From positions 92,774-149,594 of the forward strand of contig SIBS01000002.1 in NCBI GenBank assembly GCA_009695045.1: a stretch of 56,821 nucleotides of DNA, read 5' to 3'. Source of the DNA: Candidatus Levyibacteriota bacterium (GTDB taxonomy: Bacteria; Patescibacteriota; Microgenomatia; Levybacterales; UBA12049). How positions within the stretch are numbered: the stretch's first letter is position 1; every line of letters begins with the position of its first letter. A program made the position numbers and the translations under genes. The notes beneath the pieces were generated by a model. The model was not told the origin of the DNA and made no database searches. It saw only the letters and a list, made by a program, of their open reading frames with translations. Of the stretch, positions 26,527 through 36,594 are shown in pieces.

Positions 26527-27822
26527 TTACAATATATTTTCTAATTTAGCAACAGCAAAGGGAATAATCATTTCCTCATTTGACAACCCACCATGTGTTC
26601 CAAGTTGGCTAAATTTTTTAGTAGACGAGTATTTATACCATACGTGGAAACCTTTATTTGGCAAAATAAGTATATTTCCAATACGCTTTAAAAATCGCTT
26701 TGATGGATTATTTAAACCAAATAATCCATCTAGTAAAGCGTCGGTGATTAGAATAATTCTTGCCTTACCATAAAGCTCTTTTTCTAATCTTATAATGGTT
26801 TCTTGTATCTTATCTTCTTTTATGAAAAGAAATACATTATGACATCCACCAGTTGGTGGGATCCATTTCAATGAAGGACTTTTAGTATAATTATCTTCTA
26901 GCCAATTATAATCGTTTAAATAAATAATTTCGTTCTCATTTATGGAAGACTGTCCATGATCTGAAGTTAATAGTATTATAAATTTTTCAGCAATCTCTTT
27001 ACTTATTTTTGAAAGAAAAAGATTTGATATATTCTTAGAAAAATCATTTACAGCATTGGCATATTCTATTCCTTCAGGTCCAAATAAATGTGCTATAGAA
27101 TCTATATTTCCCCAATAAACAAAGAGATAAGCATCTCCATTAGTCTTTATCATAATTGAAAGTAATTTTTCAAATAAATCTTCTATTGATGTAAAATATA
27201 TACTTGTTGCTCCCTTATGCATAATTGACGAGAAGGTTGATAAGGAATGTTCCTGTGAAACAAAAATATATGAAGGAATAGAATTATCCTTAAGCGTTTG
27301 ATATATTGTTTGCCCTTTATATAGTAGCTCTGGATGACCACCAAACATCATCAATGTATCCTTTGCCCTAGTTAAGATAGGACGAAATGGTAGTGTTTCT
27401 ATAACTTTATCAAATTCTTCAAAGTATACCGTCCATTCAGGAAGACCATGCTCTTGAGGAGTAAGGCCAGTATGAATAGTTGTAAGTGCTGCGGGGGTAG
27501 TAGATGGAAAAACTGAAGTAATAGGAAACACATCTCCATTCAAAGCTAGGGAATTAAAAAAAATAGATTTATCATAATTCTTTACAAAATGACTATAACT
27601 TAATCCATCAACTAGAAAAAGTAATATTTTTCTACCTGAAGATTGTTTTGGAAAAAAAGATTTAGCAAATTCATTTCTTTCTTGATTAATATTAAAATAT
27701 GCAAGTATAGTTGGCACTATCTCAGCTAATGAAAAACTACCATAATTTGGATATACAAATTCATCATCTTTTATATTTTTTTTATATATTTTTAATATAT
27801 CAAGTATTCCTGAATGAATCAT
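26527..27822 (-). CDS. Alkaline-phosphatase superfamily protein (type I phosphodiesterase/nucleotide pyrophosphatase-like)
   Basis: LLFLVDGLSYSHF (metal-ligand Asp), FPSTTPAALTTIHTGLTPQEHGL (nucleophile Thr/Ser region) and LLTSDHGQ (distal DHG metal site). Confidence 0.72.
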   Translation of the reverse strand: MIHSGILDILKIYKKNIKDDEFVYPNYGSFSLAEIVPTILAYFNINQERNEFAKSFFPKQSSGRKILLFLVDGLSYSHFVKNYDKSIFFNSLALNGDVFPITSVFPSTTPAALTTIHTGLTPQEHGLPEWTVYFEEFDKVIETLPFRPILTRAKDTLMMFGGHPELLYKGQTIYQTLKDNSIPSYIFVSQEHSLSTFSSIMHKGATSIYFTSIEDLFEKLLSIMIKTNGDAYLFVYWGNIDSIAHLFGPEGIEYANAVNDFSKNISNLFLSKISKEIAEKFIILLTSDHGQSSINENEIIYLNDYNWLEDNYTKSPSLKWIPPTGGCHNVFLFIKEDKIQETIIRLEKELYGKARIILITDALLDGLFGLNNPSKRFLKRIGNILILPNKGFHVWYKYSSTKKFSQLGTHGGLSNEEMIIPFAVAKLENIL

Positions 27823-27871
27823 ATTGCTAAAAAAATAAGAAAATTAATTTTTCTTTCTACATATTATACAT

Positions 27872-27906
27872 ATTTAATTTAATTTAATTTAATTTAATTT
27901 AATTTA
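27872..27906. repeat. (ATTTA)7 pentanucleotide tandem repeat in a divergent promoter region
   Basis: Seven uninterrupted ATTTA units that end 1 nt before the pyk extended -10 TGTTACAAT (27907-27915). Confidence 0.95.
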
Positions 27907-27915
27907 TGTTACAAT
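27907..27915 (+). promoter_or_regulatory. extended -10 TGTTACAAT, 5 nt before the pyk ATG
   Basis: tatgTTACAATaacttATG. The 12-mer TATGTTACAATA is identical to the one in front of uvrB. Confidence 0.4.
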
Positions 27916-27920
27916 AACTT

Positions 27921-28931
27921 ATGCGAAAAACACAAACAATCTGCACTATTGGACCAGCTTCTGAGTCTTCAGATATCATAGAAAAGCTTATCATAGAGGG
28001 TGTTGATATATTACGCCTTAATTTTTCCCATGCATCATATGAACAATTTTCATCTGTTAAAAAAAATGTCGATTTTTTTAATAAAAAATATCAGAAAAAT
28101 GTAAAAATACTTATTGATCTTCAGGGTCCCCGAATGAGAGTTGGAGATTTACCCAAAAACGGAATTGAATTAAAAGAAAATACAGAGTTAATTTTCTCAA
28201 CAGATAAAAATGAAGAAAATGCCATATATATCAATGATCAATATTTACATGATGATATTCAGGTTAATCATCCTCTTTTTTTAGCAAACGGGGACATAGA
28301 GTTAATCGTAACAGGAAAAAATAATAATAAAATCTATACATCTATTGTACGTGGTGGAACTTTACATTCACGAAAAGCTGTTAATGTACCAGAAACTAAT
28401 TTAACAACAAGGGGACTTACGGAAAAAGATAAAAAAGATGTTATTTTTGGTATTGCAAATAAAGTTGATTATTTTGCATTATCTTTTGTAAAAGATGCTG
28501 AAGATATTAAACAGCTTAGGGAGATAATTGGCGAATCTACTTCCAAGATAATTGCAAAAATAGAATTAAAACAATCAATTTTAAATATAAATGAGATAAT
28601 CAATATTTCAGATGCAATAATGGTAGCAAGAGGAGATCTTGGAATAGAATTACCATTAGAAGAATTACCATTATTACAAAAAGAGATAATAAGTAGTTGC
28701 AAATTAGTTGAAAAAAAAAGTATTGTCGCAACTCAAATGCTAATGAGTATGGTTGGTCATCATCGACCAACCAGAGCAGAGGTATCTGATGTTGCCAATG
28801 CTGTACTAGATGGTGCATCGATTCTTATGCTATCTGATGAAACAGCATTTGGATCATATCCAATAGAATCACTCCAATATCTTATTAGAATTATAAATAG
28901 AACAGAAAGATTTATTGAATTTGGAAAATAA
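27921..28931 (+). CDS. pyk: Pyruvate kinase, short form lacking the C-terminal regulatory domain
   Basis: KTQTICTIGPAS....I..L...G.DILRLNFSH, IAKIE and MVARGDLGIELP. The ORF ends at about the A-domain boundary (336 aa). Confidence 0.88.
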   Translation: MRKTQTICTIGPASESSDIIEKLIIEGVDILRLNFSHASYEQFSSVKKNVDFFNKKYQKNVKILIDLQGPRMRVGDLPKNGIELKENTELIFSTDKNEENAIYINDQYLHDDIQVNHPLFLANGDIELIVTGKNNNKIYTSIVRGGTLHSRKAVNVPETNLTTRGLTEKDKKDVIFGIANKVDYFALSFVKDAEDIKQLREIIGESTSKIIAKIELKQSILNINEIINISDAIMVARGDLGIELPLEELPLLQKEIISSCKLVEKKSIVATQMLMSMVGHHRPTRAEVSDVANAVLDGASILMLSDETAFGSYPIESLQYLIRIINRTERFIEFGK

Positions 28932-29060
28932 ATATAATTACACTTATTATCTAAAATATATTTTTAAGATTTATAAATCATAGCTTATCAATCATTACTT
29001 CAGGCTTATTGCTAGTAATTTTATTTTAAAGTATAATATAAACTTACCTACTAATCCTCT

Positions 29061-31934
29061 ATGGAGAATATAATTATTAAAGGTGCTAGAGAGCACAATC
29101 TAAAAAATATTGACGTTATAATCCCTAAAAATAAACTGGTCGTTTTTACAGGGCTATCTGGTAGTGGAAAATCTTCTCTTGCATTTGACACAATTTATGC
29201 TGAAGGACAACGTAGATATGTAGAAAGTCTTTCATCTTATGCTCGACAATTTTTGGGAATCATGAAGAAACCAGATATTGACCTCATCGAAGGACTTTCT
29301 CCCGCAATTTCCATTGATCAAAAAGGCGCTTCTCATAATCCTCGGTCTACTGTTGGCACAGTAACTGAAATATATGATTATTTAAGACTACTTTATGCAA
29401 GAATCGGTCGCCCACATTGTCCAACCTGCAAAAAAGAAATATCGCATATGTCTAAGGAGCAGATTGTAAATGCAATTATATATATGTTAAAAAAAAATAA
29501 CGAACAAAGAATAAAAATCTTATTACTTGCCCCGTTAGTCAAAGATAGAAAAGGAGAATATTCAGAGCTTTTTATAGACCTGAAAAAAAGAGGCTATAAA
29601 AAAATACGTATAGATAAACGTATCTATTTACTCGATGAAGATGTTGTGCTTATAAAAACTAATAAGCATACCATTGAGCTTGTTCTTGACCAAATAGTTT
29701 TAACAAAAAAAACTGATACTTTACGGATTGCAACAAACGTTGAGCAATCATTACGTTTTGGGAATGGAGAAATTATTGTATCAACAATTCTAGACAAGGG
29801 ATTTGTAATGCCAGAAAAACCAATAGAAATGAAGGACGAATTATTTTCAGAAAAATTTGCTTGTCCAGATTGTGGAATTTCAATTTCAGAAATTGAACCG
29901 AGAATCTTTTCATTCAATACGCCACACGGAGCCTGCGCTGATTGTAATGGAATAGGAAATAATCTTACAGTTGATCAAGAGCTAGTACTAAACAAGAATC
30001 TATCCATAAATGAAGGAGCAATTCTTCCATTTAGTAATTTGCTTCATCAAGATACTTGGTTTGCTAGAACATTTAGAATTTTTTGTGATGAAAATAATAT
30101 CTCTACAATTATAAGAATTGTTGATATGAGATCAGATAAAGTAGACCTACTTCTTCATGGAACAGGTAGTAAAGAATATATGGTTGAAGGAAAGAATCGA
30201 TGGGGAAGAAAAACAATTATAGAAGAATCATTTTATGGAATTATTAAAGAGCTAAGAGATAGATATATGGAAAGTGAGTCAATTCTTGCGAAAACGCAGA
30301 TTGAAAAATATATGCGTTATGAAAAATGTATCACTTGTAATGGATCTCGACTTAAAGTAGAAGCGCTATCAATAACAATACATAATAAATCTATTATTGA
30401 AATTTCCAATCTATCAATAACTGAATGTTTTATTTTTATAAATAACTTAAGCAATCTTTTACTAGAAAGGGAGAAGGAGATAGGAAAAATTATTCTAAAA
30501 GAAATAACAACAAGATTACAATTTCTTATCGATGTTGGATTGGAATATTTAAATCTATCAAGAGGAGCGCATACTCTTTCTGGTGGGGAAGCACAAAGAA
30601 TACGTTTGGCCTCCCAGATAGGAAGTGGGCTAACCGGCGTTCTTTATGTTCTTGATGAACCATCGATTGGATTACATCAGCGTGATAATGCTCGATTAAT
30701 TAAAACTCTTATAAAACTAAAAGACTTAGGTAATAGTGTAATTGTAGTTGAACATGATGAAGAAACTATGCTTGCTTCAGATTATTTATTAGACTTTGGA
30801 CCCGGAGCTGGACAAGCTGGTGGATCAATAACATCTATGGGAACCGTAGATGAGATAAAAAAAGACCCCAATTCATTAACTGGACAATTTTTATCTGGAA
30901 ATAGAAAAATTATGTCTATCCGAAAACCAAAAAAAGAATTCGACAAACAAATTACCATCATAAATGCATCAGAAAATAATTTAAAAAATATTAATATCAG
31001 CTTTCCACTCAATGCACTTGTTGTTGTAACCGGTGTTTCCGGAAGTGGTAAATCAACTTTAGTAAATAACATTTTATATCACGCATTAATGAGAGAGCAA
31101 AATCCTTTCCATCGCGAAAAGCCTGGAGAATTTAAAAGCATCTCGGGAAGTGAAAATATAAAAAGTGTTTTCTTAATAGATCAATCCCCAATTGGTCGAA
31201 CTCCAAGAAGTAATCCTGCAACATATACTGGTTGTTTTTCCTATATACGAGAATTATTCTCAAAAACAAAAGAAGCAAAACTTCGAGGATATGGACCGGG
31301 AAGATTTTCATTTAATGTGAAAGGCGGCAGATGTGAGACATGCGAAGGCGGGGGTCAAATAAAAATTGAGATGCAATTCTTAGCAGATGTTTATATAGTT
31401 TGCGAAACATGCGCTGGCAAACAATATAATAATGAAGCATTAGAAATTTTTTTTAATGGAAAAAATATTGCTGAAATATTGAATATGACCGTTCTTGAAG
31501 CACTAGATTTTTTTTCATTTATACCTAATCTTGCTCATAAAATAAAGATGCTTAATGACGTTGGTCTTTCATACATAAAGCTTGGTCAACCAGCACCAAC
31601 ACTTTCGGGCGGAGAAGCACAACGAATAAAATTATCTGCTGAATTATCAAAGAAGGGAAGAGACGCTATATATTTACTTGATGAACCAACAACGGGACTT
31701 CATTTTGCTGATCTTGAAAAGCTTCTTTTTGTCCTAAGACGATTAGTGGATCAAGGCAATACGATTATCGTCATAGAGCACAATCTAGATGTTATAAAAA
31801 ATGCGGATTATATTATAGATCTTGGCCCAGAGGGGGGAGAAAAAGGAGGAGAAATTATCGCACAGGGAACACCAGAGCAAATTGCAAATACATCTAATTC
31901 ATATACGGGTCAATTCCTTAAAAAAATATTATAA
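29061..31934 (+). CDS. uvrA: Excinuclease ABC subunit A
   Basis: 957 aa with two ABC modules ([20 protein letters not shown]; LSGGEAQR twice) and zinc-finger Cys clusters. Confidence 0.97.
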   Translation: MENIIIKGAREHNLKNIDVIIPKNKLVVFTGLSGSGKSSLAFDTIYAEGQRRYVESLSSYARQFLGIMKKPDIDLIEGLSPAISIDQKGASHNPRSTVGTVTEIYDYLRLLYARIGRPHCPTCKKEISHMSKEQIVNAIIYMLKKNNEQRIKILLLAPLVKDRKGEYSELFIDLKKRGYKKIRIDKRIYLLDEDVVLIKTNKHTIELVLDQIVLTKKTDTLRIATNVEQSLRFGNGEIIVSTILDKGFVMPEKPIEMKDELFSEKFACPDCGISISEIEPRIFSFNTPHGACADCNGIGNNLTVDQELVLNKNLSINEGAILPFSNLLHQDTWFARTFRIFCDENNISTIIRIVDMRSDKVDLLLHGTGSKEYMVEGKNRWGRKTIIEESFYGIIKELRDRYMESESILAKTQIEKYMRYEKCITCNGSRLKVEALSITIHNKSIIEISNLSITECFIFINNLSNLLLEREKEIGKIILKEITTRLQFLIDVGLEYLNLSRGAHTLSGGEAQRIRLASQIGSGLTGVLYVLDEPSIGLHQRDNARLIKTLIKLKDLGNSVIVVEHDEETMLASDYLLDFGPGAGQAGGSITSMGTVDEIKKDPNSLTGQFLSGNRKIMSIRKPKKEFDKQITIINASENNLKNINISFPLNALVVVTGVSGSGKSTLVNNILYHALMREQNPFHREKPGEFKSISGSENIKSVFLIDQSPIGRTPRSNPATYTGCFSYIRELFSKTKEAKLRGYGPGRFSFNVKGGRCETCEGGGQIKIEMQFLADVYIVCETCAGKQYNNEALEIFFNGKNIAEILNMTVLEALDFFSFIPNLAHKIKMLNDVGLSYIKLGQPAPTLSGGEAQRIKLSAELSKKGRDAIYLLDEPTTGLHFADLEKLLFVLRRLVDQGNTIIVIEHNLDVIKNADYIIDLGPEGGEKGGEIIAQGTPEQIANTSNSYTGQFLKKIL

Positions 31935-31986
31935 TTTCCGATATTTTTTACTTGTATGATATCCAGATAGATGCGTATAATAAATT

Positions 31987-33855
31987 GTGAGATTAAAATT
32001 ATCACTTTTTATATTAACGTTTTTTTTTATTTTTCCGCATGAATATGTAACTGCATCAGGAAATACATCCGTATCAATAGAATCAACATATACTATTGAC
32101 ATCAATGGTAAAACAAAAGTACTGTTACAAGGAAAACTTACAAATGAAACTCCCGATCACTATACTTCTTCATTCCAATTAAAGCTTGGATTTAAAAATA
32201 TTGATAATATCAAAGCTAGCGATAGTGGAGGCAGTATACCGGTTTTAATAGATAAATCTAACGATCAATCTATCATTGATCTTTCATTTAAAACCATTGT
32301 TGTAGGCATTGGTAATTCAACAATGTTCTCCTTATCTTTTGATACTAATGATATTGCTAAAAAGAGAGGAAGCATCTGGGAAGTAAATATACCAGGATTA
32401 TCAAATATTTCAGATTACAAAATTTTTGACGTAAACGTAGTTGCTCCTTCTTCTTTTGGAACACCATCATATATTAAGCCACAAACTATAATTGGGAAAA
32501 ATAGAATTCATTTTACAAAAGATCAATTAAATGAATCTGGAATATCATTAGCTTTTGGAACTAAACAAACTTATGCATTTGAACTACTCTATCATTTAAA
32601 AAATCCTAATATTTATCCTATAAATACTGAAATAGCTCTTCCTCCCTCTACTAATTATCAAGAAGTAGCCATTGATGAAATCAGTAGTAAGCCTATAAAT
32701 GTTACAGAGGATGCAGATGGAAATTGGCTAGCAACATATTCGCTATTACCTTCTGAAAAAAAAGATATTGAAGTAAAAGGTAGAGTAAAACTTTCTCTTT
32801 TTCCAAAAACACAAGTGGTAGACGATGATGAGCTAAAAAAATATCTTAAAGAAGACTTATATTGGGAGGTTAACAATGAAAAGATTAAATTATTAGCGCA
32901 AACACTAAAAACACCTTATGCCATTTATGAATATCTAATAAATAATTTAAAATATGACTTCTCAAGAATTACAGATAATAAACCCAGAGCAGGGGCATTA
33001 TTGGCATTAAATGAGCCATCATCTGTTGTATGCTTAGAATTTACAGATCTTTTTATAGCATTAGCTCGAGCAGCCGGCATTCCAGCTCGAGAAATTAATG
33101 GATTTGGATTTACTGATAATGTTAAAAAACGTCCGTTATCCGCTATTAAAGACATATTACATGCATGGCCTGAATATTATGATAAAGAATTGCAAACATG
33201 GATAATGATAGATCCTACTTGGGGGAATACTACGGAAGGAGTAGATTATTTTAATGTACTAGATTTCGATCATATAGTTTTTGCCATAAAAGGAAAAGAT
33301 AGCGAGTATCCTATCCCAGCAGGGGGATATAAACTCAAGGAAAATGAAAATGAAAAAGATGTGAAAGTTTTTTTTACAAATAATGAGATAAATGAAACAC
33401 AAAATATTCAATTAAAAACTGATATAGCAAATTATAGCTCTTCTATAATTCCATTATCTGGCTCTATAAGAATAAGTAATATAGGATCAATAGTAATTGA
33501 AAAAGAAATATTAACAATTACATCTAAAATTCTTGAACCTAAAATAAAGAAGATAAATACCATTCGCATACCACCATATGGAAATTCTAAAATATTACTT
33601 TCATTTGATAAAATGCCAATTTTGACAAATAAACAAGATGTCGTTACAATATCAATCGCTGGTAAAACAATATCTCAATCAGTAAATATATCATTACTGT
33701 ATTTAGGAAAATTTACATGGCTACTATTTGGGTTAATTATTTGTGCAGGAATTCTTTTTACAAGATTATTTATCGCTTCCATCAAAGCCTGGAGTTTATT
33801 TATTTCTCGACGAAAACGAGACAGTATTGTACGTGGGGAAAGCCATCAGGCTTAA
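31987..33855 (+). CDS. Secreted, C-terminally membrane-anchored transglutaminase-like cysteine protease domain protein
   Basis: GTG start, signal peptide, transglutaminase core VVCLEFTDLFIALARAAGIPAR...HAWPEYY...WIMIDPTW (Cys-His-Asp) and a C-terminal TM helix. Confidence 0.78.
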   Translation: MRLKLSLFILTFFFIFPHEYVTASGNTSVSIESTYTIDINGKTKVLLQGKLTNETPDHYTSSFQLKLGFKNIDNIKASDSGGSIPVLIDKSNDQSIIDLSFKTIVVGIGNSTMFSLSFDTNDIAKKRGSIWEVNIPGLSNISDYKIFDVNVVAPSSFGTPSYIKPQTIIGKNRIHFTKDQLNESGISLAFGTKQTYAFELLYHLKNPNIYPINTEIALPPSTNYQEVAIDEISSKPINVTEDADGNWLATYSLLPSEKKDIEVKGRVKLSLFPKTQVVDDDELKKYLKEDLYWEVNNEKIKLLAQTLKTPYAIYEYLINNLKYDFSRITDNKPRAGALLALNEPSSVVCLEFTDLFIALARAAGIPAREINGFGFTDNVKKRPLSAIKDILHAWPEYYDKELQTWIMIDPTWGNTTEGVDYFNVLDFDHIVFAIKGKDSEYPIPAGGYKLKENENEKDVKVFFTNNEINETQNIQLKTDIANYSSSIIPLSGSIRISNIGSIVIEKEILTITSKILEPKIKKINTIRIPPYGNSKILLSFDKMPILTNKQDVVTISIAGKTISQSVNISLLYLGKFTWLLFGLIICAGILFTRLFIASIKAWSLFISRRKRDSIVRGESHQA

Positions 33856-35029
33856 AGAGAGAGTTTCATCTTATTTCAGAAAAAATTCTTCATTATTAGA
33901 AAAAACAAAAATACTTGTTTCATTAATTAAGAAGATATCTATTACTATCGTTGAATCAGAAATTGAATCACTTTTACTGGAAGCTACCCTTATAAAAAAA
34001 CACAAGCCTAAATTTAATTCTCGTCTTATCGATGGAAAAGCTTACCCACTAATTAGGATAACAAAAAAGGATAAATATCCCGCATTATTGTCAGCTAGAC
34101 GTCAAGATGACAATAATTCAATTTATTTTGGACCGTATCCAAGCTCTAAATCAATGTGGATAGTTATCAAATCTATTAGGAAAATTTTTCCATTCGTTTC
34201 AATACTTAAACATCCAAAGCGAATTTGTTTATATTATCATTTAGGTCTTTGTCCTTGCCCACCAATATATGATTCCATAGAAATGGAAAACGAATATAAA
34301 AAAACAATTCGATATATAATACAATTCCTTAATGGTCAAACAAAAAAAATAATAAGAGAACTAGAAAAAGAAAGAAATATATTAAGCAAAAAAGAGCTAT
34401 ATCATAAAGCAATTAGGATTCAAGAAAAAATTAATGCAATTCTATATATTACTACTCGTCATCATTCATCAATTGAATATGAATTAAATCCAAATTTACT
34501 TATTGATATTCGCAAGAATGAACTAGATGAACTTTATAATATTCTTAAATCAAATCATTTAAACCTATCTTTTCCACAAAAAATAGAATGTTTCGATATA
34601 TCAAATATTTCAGGAACAAACTCAGTTGGATCAATGGTAGTATTTATAAACGGTGAGAAAGATTCTTCACAATATAGAAAGTTTAAAATAAGTAAATTTA
34701 TCGTAGGGCCAAATGATTTTGCAATGATGGCAGAAGTTGTTAAGAGAAGGATTAAACATCATGAATGGAAATATCCAAATCTTATTATTATTGATGGTGG
34801 AAAAGGTCAAATTTCTTCAGTAAAGCAAGTGCTTATGGATGCAGGTATTTCCATTCCTATTATTGGAATTGCAAAAAAAGAAGAGATTATTATAACAGAA
34901 AATTTTAAAGAGATTTTACTTCCAAAATCAAATAAAGCTTTATTGCTGGTTATGAAGATAAGGGATGAAGCTCATCGATTTGCAATTACATATCATAAAA
35001 AACTTCGTTCAAAATTTATTTTCTCTTAA
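33743..35029 (+). CDS. uvrC: Excinuclease ABC subunit C, short form without the C-terminal (HhH)2 domain
   Basis: GIY-YIG domain (PGVYLFLDENETVLYVGKAIRLKERVSSYF), a UVR-like helix, and endonuclease V-like region IECFDISN...IIDGGKGQ...RDEAHRFAITYHKK. GTG start. 428 aa. Confidence 0.88.
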   Translation: MQEFFLQDYLSLPSKPGVYLFLDENETVLYVGKAIRLKERVSSYFRKNSSLLEKTKILVSLIKKISITIVESEIESLLLEATLIKKHKPKFNSRLIDGKAYPLIRITKKDKYPALLSARRQDDNNSIYFGPYPSSKSMWIVIKSIRKIFPFVSILKHPKRICLYYHLGLCPCPPIYDSIEMENEYKKTIRYIIQFLNGQTKKIIRELEKERNILSKKELYHKAIRIQEKINAILYITTRHHSSIEYELNPNLLIDIRKNELDELYNILKSNHLNLSFPQKIECFDISNISGTNSVGSMVVFINGEKDSSQYRKFKISKFIVGPNDFAMMAEVVKRRIKHHEWKYPNLIIIDGGKGQISSVKQVLMDAGISIPIIGIAKKEEIIITENFKEILLPKSNKALLLVMKIRDEAHRFAITYHKKLRSKFIFS

Positions 35030-36368
35030 TATCAAATACAAATGGGTAGTAAAGAAAAATAGCAGGTGGATCAGCTAGTAAATATTTTTGAAAATCAGAA
35101 TAAATTTTTAGTCTCTCATCCTGATTAGTTATTTTTCTTCCATCTTCTAGTAATTTATCTATTCTAGGATTATCATAATTTGTAATATTATTAATTTGTT
35201 TTGTATGCCACAGTGCATATTGATCAGGATCTTTTGGCATAATAAAATCACCTATAAAAATCTGGAATACAGATGGCACACTATCAACTATTTCTATTTT
35301 TGTAGAAATTCCTATTTTATTCCATGTTTTAACAATTTCATCAGTAGATTTTTTATATTTAGAAAGTGTTTTTATTACGAGCGAAGGTTTATTCATACCA
35401 CCCATACTTGAAGCATTAATAAGTATTTTTGCATGCTCTATATCAATTTGCTTTTCATTTCCAAAACTAAATGCCCAAAGTGATTGCGGAAAAGGTGAAT
35501 ATGCCCTTTCTCCATCTAAAAATTCTTTTGGAATAGCATAAGACAAACCATTTCTTATTTTTGGATCAGATAGTATTGAATCTTTTGTATTGAAAAAAAG
35601 TGTTACTAACATTTTATAATCAACCTTTTTTTCAACATTTAAATTTGGATATAAATTAAATGATGTATTTTTATAATTTATATTTGATATTCCTAAAATT
35701 TTATTTACTTCTCCAGAAATAAATGCTAGCTTCAATGCCTCTTCTGTTGGATAAAATCTATACATTTTAATTTTATAATTATTTTTAATAGATGCAATTA
35801 TAATTGATTCAACAAAATATCCATTTAATAATATATTTTTTATTTCATAGTTACCTATTCCAATAAAATTGTTTTTAAAAATAGGCTTTGAAACAGTTAC
35901 TAGAAATGGACTATAGCTTTCTTTTAATTTAAAAACGATAGTAGAATCATTAGGATTTTGTACATCTACATCCTTAAATGAATAATTAATTAAACGTGAT
36001 TTTAATTTTTGCCCATCACTAAATAAAATATTCTTTTTAAGAAAAAATGTATAATTTTTTTCATTATTATCGATCTTCCATGATGACGCAAGACCGGGTA
36101 TGGGTATTCCATTTGAAGAAATATTTGTCAATCCATAAGAAAGATCTGATAAAACAATTAGAGGCAAATTATCCATAGTATATGACCCCATAATCCCTAT
36201 TGATTCTTTTTCACCTATAGGAAATCGAGAAATAAATATTTTACCTATTTTAAGAATAGAAAAAAAAATAATAATTCCAATAAAAAAGAAGATTAATATT
36301 CTTTTCCATAATCTTCTTATGTAGGCCCTAATAAGCCATATTAATAGTCTTTTTCTAACAAAAATCAT
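35016..36368 (-). CDS. ABC transporter substrate-binding protein, family 5 (peptide/nickel type), membrane-anchored
   Basis: N-terminal TM helix, then GLASSWKIDNNEKNYTFFLKKNILFSDGQKL, which is typical of SBP_bac_5. No cognate permease lies adjacent. Confidence 0.7.
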   Translation of the reverse strand: MIFVRKRLLIWLIRAYIRRLWKRILIFFFIGIIIFFSILKIGKIFISRFPIGEKESIGIMGSYTMDNLPLIVLSDLSYGLTNISSNGIPIPGLASSWKIDNNEKNYTFFLKKNILFSDGQKLKSRLINYSFKDVDVQNPNDSTIVFKLKESYSPFLVTVSKPIFKNNFIGIGNYEIKNILLNGYFVESIIIASIKNNYKIKMYRFYPTEEALKLAFISGEVNKILGISNINYKNTSFNLYPNLNVEKKVDYKMLVTLFFNTKDSILSDPKIRNGLSYAIPKEFLDGERAYSPFPQSLWAFSFGNEKQIDIEHAKILINASSMGGMNKPSLVIKTLSKYKKSTDEIVKTWNKIGISTKIEIVDSVPSVFQIFIGDFIMPKDPDQYALWHTKQINNITNYDNPRIDKLLEDGRKITNQDERLKIYSDFQKYLLADPPAIFLYYPFVFDIKRK

Positions 36369-36371
36369 AAA

Positions 36372-36587
36372 TTATTTATGAGGAAGTAGAAGAATTATGG
36401 AAACAATTCCGAATATTGATGCTAATATCACCGTTATCCAAAATAATATCTTCTCCATGCTTCTTTTAGTTCTATAAAATTCTGACGCAGAGCCAAATGA
36501 GGCTGAAAAACCACTTCCTTGCATTTGTAATAATATGGAGACTATTAAAAAAAATGATATGACAATTTGAAAAACAATAATAAACAT
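36372..36587 (-). CDS. secG: Preprotein translocase subunit SecG
   Basis: 71 aa with two TM helices and the LLQ..GSG...FG motif. TATAAT at 36594-36599 lies 6 nt before the ATG. Confidence 0.8.
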   Translation of the reverse strand: MFIIVFQIVISFFLIVSILLQMQGSGFSASFGSASEFYRTKRSMEKILFWITVILASIFGIVSIILLLPHK

Positions 36588-36594
36588 GAGTATA

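Noticed and set aside
27872-27906. Possible CRISPR-like or other spaced repeat array.
   Set aside because: It is a contiguous 5-nt microsatellite with no spacers. I saw no repeat-spacer structure or cas genes anywhere in the window.
33717-33899. 60-aa ORF spanning the transglutaminase/uvrC junction.
   Set aside because: It is a third frame over a region already claimed by two motif-supported genes, and it has no recognisable features.
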